Origin: Turneriella sp.
Lineage (GTDB): Bacteria; Spirochaetota; Leptospiria; Turneriellales; Turneriellaceae
DNA: 64,000 nucleotides
Direction: 5' to 3'
Assembly: GCA_965279515.1 (NCBI GenBank)
Contig: CBDIID010000003.1
Coordinates: forward strand, 160,001 to 224,000
The notes under the pieces were generated by a model that was given only the letters and a program-made list of their open reading frames with translations, did no database searches and was not told where the DNA came from. A program made the translations under genes and the position numbers. Shown here one piece after another: positions 9,703 through 17,001 of the stretch; the stretch's first letter is position 1, and each line of letters starts with the position of its first letter.

Positions 9703-9920
9703 AGCCAACGTGGATTTTACGCTGACGTTTTTTGACGCGTGTGTCATTTATTCAAACTGTAAAGCCGATTTGCGTCAAAAAATGTGGTCGTAGCGGCTCG
9801 CGGCGACGCGCGAAAACACACCTCCCGGTGTGCGCGTCGTCCGCGATCTCTGGCCGCGGAGACCCGAGCACGCGAGGAGCTACGGCACCGCAGCGGCGCA
9901 GCGCGTAAAATTTGTTGTCT
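9703..9920 (-). repeat. attC-like repeat R10 (type B)
   Basis: agccaac...gttgtct, 218 bp. Confidence 0.9.
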
Positions 9921-9994
9921 GAAGTAATTGCGCCTGCAAGCCTGGCCAAGGAGGGCCAGGCGGCTAATTAAGATAAAATTTTAGGCTCATAAAT

Positions 9995-10510
9995 TCAGAT
10001 AAATGACGGTACAAGTATATCTATTCCTTTGAGATTTATTCGCGATAGGATTTCCTTTCCGCGGGGAGAAATAAATAGCCTAGGCTTATTTATTTCATAA
10101 TAAACCAGCTCGTCTTTCAGTACATTATCTTTGAACACCGGTTCATCAATAACCAAAATGTTTCCGGAAGAGCCATAGGTGATCTGGGAACTCCCTTGAT
10201 CCAAGCAGCTTCTATGATTTTTGCATGCGAATAGGAATATCTCGGTATCATCGCACATTAATCTGTGAAATGTACCGTCATTGCTTAACGCGGAAAATAG
10301 CTCAGGAATTTTCTTGCCAATTACAGTTAGCCCGACACTTGTATCAATATCTGGCATGGGTCGTGTTTTTGCATAAGCCCATGAGACCTTAGTGTTTTTG
10401 AGGACGTTTGGGCTGAATCGCCCAAAACGCAGTGCGTCATCGATTTCGTTTTGATTTGAGAACAAGAGTTGCTGATATCTGTTCTTAGGCGAAAGTATGT
10501 ATGGCTTCAT
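9995..10510 (-). CDS. Imm11/DUF1629-like immunity protein, cassette C10 (first in the array)
   Basis: CLDxxxS...I...PVF...LFIS...LKG pattern typical of the Imm11 family (recognised by eye). Confidence 0.55.
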   Translation of the reverse strand: MKPYILSPKNRYQQLLFSNQNEIDDALRFGRFSPNVLKNTKVSWAYAKTRPMPDIDTSVGLTVIGKKIPELFSALSNDGTFHRLMCDDTEIFLFACKNHRSCLDQGSSQITYGSSGNILVIDEPVFKDNVLKDELVYYEINKPRLFISPRGKEILSRINLKGIDILVPSFI

Positions 10511-10668
10511 TAGACGCCCCTGGCAAATAAATCAATATTCTCGAGATTGATTTTATATGGCAAATCATGTTGTCACTCAAAAGGAATTTCATATAAGAAA
10601 ATGCCCTCCCTTGCCTTGCGCGCAGCGTCGCCAAGGATGGCGACGAAGTATATAGGCGCAATTATTTC

Positions 10669-10688
10669 AGACAACGTCTATTAGCTGA
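10669..10688 (-). other. attI-like site (array start)
   Basis: Minus strand TCAGCTAA-TAGAC-GTTGTCT: a core site with no attC body behind it; CAGCTAA resembles the CAGGTAA inner box of the repeats. Confidence 0.6.
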
Positions 10689-10811
10689 ATTGCGTATAAT
10701 TGCCAAAATGTCAATAATCTGGCGAAAAGCGAGGGGGATTTGGTGTTTTCGCGCATTGCGTAAAAGATCCATGTTCTTCCCAGGCGGGGGGCGCCTTTTG
10801 CGATGAGAGAG

Positions 10812-11750
10812 CTAGCGCTCTTTACACGATTCTTTGTAAATAATCACCCACGGTCGCTCCTGGATGCATTTGATGAACGAGCGGCTGTATTCGATGGTGA
10901 GGCGAATGTTGTCGCGTAGTTGTTTGCTCTCTTTATTGAATTTGCCGAGTGTGCCGCGGTTTGTGCTGAGGGCTTTTTCCAGGTATTCGAGGTTGCGGGC
11001 CATGGCGGCGGTGTTTGAGACGAGTTCGGCGAGGCTTTGCTGTTGGGCGGTGAGAATTTCTTCGCTATTGCGGGCGATGAGAGAGATGTTGGTTTTGAGG
11101 CCTTCGAACTGTTCTGAGATCGTGGAAAAGTAACTTTTTGCACCGGAGAGGGTGACGTTGAGGTCATCGCGGTTTTCGGCGACGACGGCGTCGATGTTGG
11201 CGCGCAGGATGCTGGCTTTGGCAAAAATCTGTTCGGCGACTTCGCCGGCGCTCTTGCCTTCAAACCAGCTGGAGAAGGACAGCATCATCTGTTCGAAGGA
11301 GGGCGGCGAGATGCCACGCACGATTTGGCCGGGCTGGATGGTTTTATCACCTGCCATCATTTCCTTGAACTGGACGTTGATGTATTTCTGGCCCATGAGG
11401 TTATTGCTGAAGATCGCGATCTGCGTTTCTTTCGTGTCGGGCATCACATTCTTGAGACTGTTTTCAAGATAGACGCGGACATAGGTCTGCTGGTCTTTCT
11501 GGAAGATATCCTGCACATAACCGACCTGGCGGCCGCCGGCGAGCAGGACGCGGGCATTTTTGGTGAGATTACTGAGGAAAGAAAACGCGACGTCGATGGT
11601 GAAACCCGAGCGGGCAGTGTGGATACGCGCGCCGACGATGGCGCCGATGACGAGGACAAGAAAGCTGAGCAGTACATAGGAACCGACGCGGATCGAGCGG
11701 CGGCGGGCGGCTTCGACGGGGCTCAGGGCAGGCTTGGCGGCCGCAGACAT
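10812..11750 (-). CDS. mlaD: MCE/MlaD family protein
   Basis: N-terminal TM, MCE motif (V..AGGRQVGYV, LMGQKYIN), helical C-terminus. Confidence 0.85.
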   Translation of the reverse strand: MSAAAKPALSPVEAARRRSIRVGSYVLLSFLVLVIGAIVGARIHTARSGFTIDVAFSFLSNLTKNARVLLAGGRQVGYVQDIFQKDQQTYVRVYLENSLKNVMPDTKETQIAIFSNNLMGQKYINVQFKEMMAGDKTIQPGQIVRGISPPSFEQMMLSFSSWFEGKSAGEVAEQIFAKASILRANIDAVVAENRDDLNVTLSGAKSYFSTISEQFEGLKTNISLIARNSEEILTAQQQSLAELVSNTAAMARNLEYLEKALSTNRGTLGKFNKESKQLRDNIRLTIEYSRSFIKCIQERPWVIIYKESCKER

Positions 11751-12640
11751 TAATTGCCTTTGTTGAGAAAGAGAGAGGGATTTTCTTCGAGCTTACGGAA
11801 CAGCTCGCGCGCGTGGTAGGCGGCTTCGTTGGCGTTCTTGTAGAGTTCTTCGTCCTGGATAAGTTTACCGACCGAGCCGCGGCCTGAGTTGACGCGCTGT
11901 GTGATGAGGTTGAGGTCGCGCGAAATTTTCGACATGTTCTCGAGCATGATCTGTATGTCTTGTTTGTTCTGGTTCGAGATGTCGGTAAAGTTTTTCGAGA
12001 GGATGTTGAGTTTTTGCATGAGAGTATCAAGCTGGGCGGAGAGTGAGGTGAACGATTCGCGCGCCTGTTTGATGGTCTGGCGGATATCCCCCCGGTTTTC
12101 ATTCACGATGCCGTTGAGATTGGAGAGGAATGTCTCGGTTTCTTTCATGATCTCGGCCAGAACCTGGCCGCCGTTTTTACCGTCGAACCAGCTGGAGAAC
12201 GCCATCATCATCTGGTCGATGGAGGGCGGGTCGATGCCGACCCATTCATCGCCGTTCTGGAAGAAGACTTCGTTGGGTTTGGCTTCGGGGATGGTGATGT
12301 TGATATACTTTTGGCCCATGAGGCCGGTGGTATAGATGGCGAAGACGGTTTCGACGCGCTTGGGAATTTTGCCGAGCAGGTCTTTTTTTAGGGAGATTTG
12401 TACGTAGGTTTTGAGGTCTTTCTGGTAGATGTTTTCGACATAACCGACGGGCAGGCCGCCTGAGATACGCACGGGGGCACCGTTCGAGAGGTTGTTGAGG
12501 AACCGGAAGCGCAGGTTGAGGCGCAGCCCGTCACCGGAGACTTGCCAGCGGCCGAGAATGGCCAGCAGGCTGACGAATGTCGCCACGGAGATAAGGGTCA
12601 TGACGCCGACGGCGACCTTGGTTTTTCTGTCTTTATCCAT
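11750..12640 (-). CDS. mlaD: MCE/MlaD family protein
   Basis: GAPVRISGGLPVGYV and TTGLMGQKYI motifs. Confidence 0.88.
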   Translation of the reverse strand: MDKDRKTKVAVGVMTLISVATFVSLLAILGRWQVSGDGLRLNLRFRFLNNLSNGAPVRISGGLPVGYVENIYQKDLKTYVQISLKKDLLGKIPKRVETVFAIYTTGLMGQKYINITIPEAKPNEVFFQNGDEWVGIDPPSIDQMMMAFSSWFDGKNGGQVLAEIMKETETFLSNLNGIVNENRGDIRQTIKQARESFTSLSAQLDTLMQKLNILSKNFTDISNQNKQDIQIMLENMSKISRDLNLITQRVNSGRGSVGKLIQDEELYKNANEAAYHARELFRKLEENPSLFLNKGN

Positions 12641-13398
12641 TATAAAATCGGTATCGGGCCTTCGGCTGAACCTTCTACAAATTGGCGTATCACAGGGTCA
12701 TCCGATTTTCTAAAATCATCGGGGGTGCCGATGAGGCGGAATACCCCGTCATAGAGCATGGCGACGCGGTCGGCGGTACGGAACACCGATTGCATATCGT
12801 GAGAAATGACGATCGAGGTGACGCCGGTTTTCGTGTTGAGGCTGCGGATGAGGTCGTCGACGGCGGCGCCGAGAATGGGGTCAACGCCGGTCGTGGGTTC
12901 GTCGTAGAGCACGATTTCGGGATTGAGGGCAATGGCGCGGGCGAGGCCGACGCGTTTTTGCATGCCTCCTGATAAGGCGGATGGATTGATGTGTTCGACG
13001 TCTTTGAGGCCGACGAGGCCCAGTTTCTCCCGAACGAGTGCGGCGATTTCGGCTTCTTTCATACGCGTAAAACGGCGCGGAGCGAAGGCGACATTTTCAT
13101 AGACCGACATCGAGTCGAAGAGGGCGGCCATCTGGAAGAGGACGCCCATTTTTTTACGCAGGATATTGAGGTCGTCGTCACCGAGGCTATGGACATCGGC
13201 ACCGTCGATGAGCACGCGGCCTGAGTCGGGGCGCAGGAGGCCGGTGATATTTTTGAGCGTGACGGATTTGCCCGATCCGCTTTTGCCGATGATGTAGATA
13301 ATTTCGCCGCGCATGATGTCGAGGTCGACGCCGCGCAGAACGTGTTTGTCGCCGAAACTTTTGACGAGGTTTTCGAGGCGGACGTGGACGTCAGGCAT
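12640..13398 (-). CDS. mlaF: ABC transporter ATPase MlaF
   Basis: GKSGSGKS, LSGGMQKRVGLARA, LYDEPTTG. Confidence 0.93.
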   Translation of the reverse strand: MPDVHVRLENLVKSFGDKHVLRGVDLDIMRGEIIYIIGKSGSGKSVTLKNITGLLRPDSGRVLIDGADVHSLGDDDLNILRKKMGVLFQMAALFDSMSVYENVAFAPRRFTRMKEAEIAALVREKLGLVGLKDVEHINPSALSGGMQKRVGLARAIALNPEIVLYDEPTTGVDPILGAAVDDLIRSLNTKTGVTSIVISHDMQSVFRTADRVAMLYDGVFRLIGTPDDFRKSDDPVIRQFVEGSAEGPIPIL

Positions 13399-13416
13399 TT
13401 GGGACGCCCCATTTTT

Positions 13417-13518
13417 TTGAAAAGCCGCTCAAAAATACCGGGCCTCGCAACTTGCCGCGCAAGTTGCTGCTAAAGCGCTTCGCTGCCCGGTACTTTTGGA
13501 AGCCGCGCGGCTTTTCAA
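13417..13518. repeat. Nested palindromic (REP/MITE-like) element between mlaE and mlaF
   Basis: ttgaaaagccgc/gcggcttttcaa; taccgggc/gcccggta; gcaacttgc/gcaagttgc. Confidence 0.65.
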
Positions 13519-13539
13519 GCAAGTTGCAATCCGCATAAG

Positions 13540-14349
13540 TCATAATCCAAATAACTGAAAAATATACGTAATGAAATAGTCCGACACGATGATCATCATA
13601 AAGGAGAACACGACAGCCTGGATCGTCGCCTGGCCGACACCTTCGGCGCCGCCGCGCGCGCGAAAGCCCGAGAAGCACGAGATGAGCGCGATCTCGGCAC
13701 CGAAGAAAAAGGTTTTGCCGACACCCGAGACAAGGTCTTTGCTGTGTACGAGCGTGCGCGCCGAATCGAAGTAGAGATTGTAGGGTATGTCGAGGCTGAT
13801 ATTCGAAATGAGCGCGCCGCCGAAAACGCCGACAACGATGGCCATGACGGTAATCATGGGAATGCAGATGAGCGCAGCGAGAAAGCGCGGTACCGAGAGG
13901 TAGTGCACGGGGTTTGTGGCGAGCGTTGCGAGGGCGTCGATCTGTTCGGTGACCTTCATGGTACCGACTTCGGCGGCGATCGATGAGCCGACGCGGCCGG
14001 CAAGCAGGACGGCGGTGAGTACGGGGGCAAGTTCGCGCACCATGGCGAGGGAAATACCACCGCCCATGAAGGTTGAAATACCCTGGATCTGTTGCTCCAT
14101 GGGGCCGCCGAGCTGCAGCGCCATGACCATGCCGACGAAGAAGGAGCTGACGACGCCGACGGGAATCGATTTTACACCGATCTCGCCCATCTGGTAGAGC
14201 AGGTTACGGAAGTCAAAGGGGCGGGCGAAGACGAAACGAAAGGTTTGGCCAGCGAAAATCGCAAAGCCGCCGAGGGCTTCGAGAAGTCCTAAAACGCCGC
14301 CGCCGATTCTTTCAGCGAGGGGGATTACTTTGCGCGGCAGTCTCTTCAT
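13540..14349 (-). CDS. mlaE: ABC permease MlaE
   Basis: RELAPVLTAVLLAGRVGSSIAAEVGTMKVTEQIDAL. Confidence 0.95.
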   Translation of the reverse strand: MKRLPRKVIPLAERIGGGVLGLLEALGGFAIFAGQTFRFVFARPFDFRNLLYQMGEIGVKSIPVGVVSSFFVGMVMALQLGGPMEQQIQGISTFMGGGISLAMVRELAPVLTAVLLAGRVGSSIAAEVGTMKVTEQIDALATLATNPVHYLSVPRFLAALICIPMITVMAIVVGVFGGALISNISLDIPYNLYFDSARTLVHSKDLVSGVGKTFFFGAEIALISCFSGFRARGGAEGVGQATIQAVVFSFMMIIVSDYFITYIFQLFGL

Positions 14350-16967
14350 TCGACGGTGGTTTCGATACGATCTAAGAGCCAGTCTTTATTCTTGCGTTGA
14401 ATCGGCGACCGACAATACGCGCAGGATTCACTGTCGGTTTCGGGCAGCGGCGCGCCGCAGGTGTCGCAGCTATGGTCGGCAAAACCTGAGCCTTGCTGGT
14501 CTTTTGGGTCAACGGTTAAATGCAGCAAAGATTCCCGATGGCGGATTTCCTTGTCGCCAGGGCCCTGCGCCGACCATTTGATACGCACCGTGGCGGTGAC
14601 GGGTGAAGCGTCGCCGTTAAAATCCTCGAGGTCGGCGGCACCGACAGAGACGTCTTTCCACGGCGCGGCGGCGCGTGTATTTTTGAGGTAGTCGTCCGTG
14701 GCATCGCGCAAGAGGAAATCCTTCTTGCCGGTAATGCCGGTTATGACATCGCGCCAGAAGATAAAGGAGGCACGGTCTTCGACGCGGTCAGCGCTCATGC
14801 CTTTTCCGGACATCTGTTTACGCTTGCCCTTGCTGTATTCCACTTCCTGGGTAATTTCGGCGAGCACCCAGTCAAAGGTGCCTGAGCCCATGACGGCAGC
14901 GCAGCTCTTGCACTTGGTGATTTCGCCTTCGCCGGTAAAGGGCGTGCCGCAATGGCTGCAGGCATCGATACTCTCCTGGACGGATGTTTTCGCGTTACTG
15001 CGGCGCATGAAGGTGTAATATTCGACAAAGCTATTGCAGGGGGCCTTGTGCGCTGCCTGGGCTGCTTCTGCCTGCGTCAGCGCTGCATCGACCATAACAT
15101 CGCGCGCTTCGGCATCGAGACGAACAACGATGGCATCGAAAGGCCCGGAAAGCTGGTGCGCGACGATATGAAATGCACGGATCTTGAAATCTGCCATGGC
15201 ATTTTGCCGTTTTTCATGCTCGCGCATGATTTTCAGCTGTGTGCGGAAGCGGTTATAGACGCCCTGCGAGAGATAGCGGCGGCACTCACGCATATCGCCG
15301 GCCGACCAGGCATGCTGGATTTTTTCGGCAATCAGGCGGCCGCGGGTTTTGAAAGCTTCGGCATCGAAGGCGGGGTCACGCTTTCGTATAGCACTGATGG
15401 CGCTCACTTCCCGGTCATGGGATTTTTGGCGTTCGAGGCGCGCATGTTTCATGCGGCCACGCCAGGAGAAGAAGACGATCAGGGCGACGAGGCCGCCAAC
15501 GATCGAGAGAAAATAGAACCAGAAAACCCAGCGCGGGTATTTGCCGAAGGTATGGTAGTGCGAAAAACCAAAACGGATGCGCGTCAAAAATCCGGGGTCG
15601 GCAATCCGGCCTTCTTCGATCTCGCCGATAAACAGCCATAGGCCGCGCACCTGCGCTTCATCTGGCACGAGTACGATCTTGTTTCCTTCGCGGGTCAGTG
15701 TTGTTTTGACGGGCGACAACTTGCTGCAAGTACCGCCCGATTCGGTTTCGCAGTCAAAGATCTTGCCGCTGAGCTTCACACCTTCAGGCGTTTCGACTGT
15801 GATCTTATTGCGGTCGGTGATAAATGTGGGAGACGTTTGGGTATTTGCGACATAGCGCCCGGTGAGCGCCGGCAACGGCAGGATTACTGTCTGTTTGCTG
15901 TGGGCGTCGCTCAGCCAGGCATGCAGAACCGAATAGCTGAGGCGCGTGGCGTTGTCGGTTAAAACGAAATGGGGATCCGTGTACTCGCTGAAATAACCTT
16001 TGCGAATGCCCGCGAGGCGGCCGAGCAGGTAAACCCTGTCGGCGCTTATACCCAGGGGAAAACGCATTTGCACGCCGGCCATGGGCTTTAGGTAAGAGAT
16101 GTTTTCGCTGATATGCGCCACGGCATCTTTATCGAGGCGTATCGTGGTTTCGAGCCGGCTCATCAGGCTTGCCGCATTCCATGCCTTCCATGCAGCGGCG
16201 CGGTGTGTGGCGCCGTTGAGCGAAATGCGCAAGGTCGTAACGCCTTTCAGCGTTTCTGCAGTAAGTTCCGTTACGCCGGGTAACACCAGCGGTTTCGCAT
16301 CGGGGTTTGCGTACTGCACTTCGATGGCGTCTTCGGCAGAGAGTCCTGTAAATTTCAAATGGCAGTCTGCCGCACCCCGGCAAAGAGGTTCCATGTGTAC
16401 AAGGGCGCCCGCACGCGTCGGAACCGCGGCAATCGACAAGACGCTCGTGAAACTGAGTGTGGTGTCCCCTGCCGGAACAGCAGCGAGTTTAAAATAGATG
16501 GCTTCGGTAGTTTGGCGTGCGCTCTTCATTTGGGTGAGGTCGGCCGCGGCGCTCTGGAGTTGCCATGGCACATTCGGCACGCCGGGTACATAGCGGTACT
16601 CATCGGAGACTGTGCCTTTGATCCTGAGTATCGCCTTTTCCGTTACGGTTAGCTTACCGGGGGCGTCGAATGCGTAGGAGCGTTCAAGCGCTTTAAAATC
16701 GCCCAGTGTTTTATACGAAGGGCCTGAAGAAGTGCTGCCCGATGACGACCGGTAGCCTGAACCAGAAGAAGACGACCGGTACGACCCCGATGAGGGGCGA
16801 CTCGAGGAACTGGAGGAGCTATAAGACGACCGGCCTGATGAAGAACTGGATGAGCTCGACCGCGAAGAGCTGGAACTGCTTGAAGAGCGGTAACTGCCGC
16901 CGCCGCCCGCGCGGGCGAATAAATCAAATGTCAAAATCAATGGAATGAGTAGGGCAATGATGCGCAC
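14346..16967 (-). CDS. Tim44-like domain membrane protein with Ser/Gly-rich N-terminus and zinc ribbons
   Basis: ARAGGGGS + poly-Ser, TM segment, DPAFD...F...IQHAW Tim44-like region, CxxC pairs. Confidence 0.75.
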   Translation of the reverse strand: MRIIALLIPLILTFDLFARAGGGGSYRSSSSSSSSRSSSSSSSSGRSSYSSSSSSSRPSSGSYRSSSSGSGYRSSSGSTSSGPSYKTLGDFKALERSYAFDAPGKLTVTEKAILRIKGTVSDEYRYVPGVPNVPWQLQSAAADLTQMKSARQTTEAIYFKLAAVPAGDTTLSFTSVLSIAAVPTRAGALVHMEPLCRGAADCHLKFTGLSAEDAIEVQYANPDAKPLVLPGVTELTAETLKGVTTLRISLNGATHRAAAWKAWNAASLMSRLETTIRLDKDAVAHISENISYLKPMAGVQMRFPLGISADRVYLLGRLAGIRKGYFSEYTDPHFVLTDNATRLSYSVLHAWLSDAHSKQTVILPLPALTGRYVANTQTSPTFITDRNKITVETPEGVKLSGKIFDCETESGGTCSKLSPVKTTLTREGNKIVLVPDEAQVRGLWLFIGEIEEGRIADPGFLTRIRFGFSHYHTFGKYPRWVFWFYFLSIVGGLVALIVFFSWRGRMKHARLERQKSHDREVSAISAIRKRDPAFDAEAFKTRGRLIAEKIQHAWSAGDMRECRRYLSQGVYNRFRTQLKIMREHEKRQNAMADFKIRAFHIVAHQLSGPFDAIVVRLDAEARDVMVDAALTQAEAAQAAHKAPCNSFVEYYTFMRRSNAKTSVQESIDACSHCGTPFTGEGEITKCKSCAAVMGSGTFDWVLAEITQEVEYSKGKRKQMSGKGMSADRVEDRASFIFWRDVITGITGKKDFLLRDATDDYLKNTRAAAPWKDVSVGAADLEDFNGDASPVTATVRIKWSAQGPGDKEIRHRESLLHLTVDPKDQQGSGFADHSCDTCGAPLPETDSESCAYCRSPIQRKNKDWLLDRIETTVE

Positions 16968-17001
16968 GCGCGATATTAAAAGACGCCCGCCCTATGTAAA
17001 G

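Larger units (their letters stand above)
1..10690 (-). mobile_element. Integron-like gene cassette array (10 complete cassettes plus 1 partial; continues left of the window); no integrase in the window
   Basis: Regular alternation of ~216 bp repeats, bounded by ...AAC/GTT... core sites, with single AT-rich ORFs. 10 of 11 ORFs are on the minus strand. The 5' core site of each cassette is complementary to its own 3' core site. Confidence 0.9.

Noticed and set aside
50..9920. CRISPR array interpretation
   Set aside because: Repeats are ~216 bp, spacers are whole genes, and there are no cas genes in the window.
75..9949. Recurrent 60-140 aa ORFs such as MVTLVSLIQ... and MTLVSFI... in the ORF track
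   Set aside because: They are translations of the GC-rich repeats, with varying frames and ends. The variation follows base pairing, not codons.
259..10675. Cassettes as IS/MITE elements with terminal inverted repeats
   Set aside because: No transposase and no target-site duplications. The inverted repeats differ per cassette and always abut the same repeat at GTT/AAC.
10686..10714. Canonical Pc promoter for the array
   Set aside because: The minus-strand TTGACA has no good -10 box at 16-18 bp, and the perfect TATAAT (10695-10700) is on the opposite strand without a -35 box. Not supportable as a feature.
16720..16915. Low-complexity repeat in the Tim44-like gene
   Set aside because: It encodes an ordinary Ser/Gly-rich linker, not a DNA repeat element.
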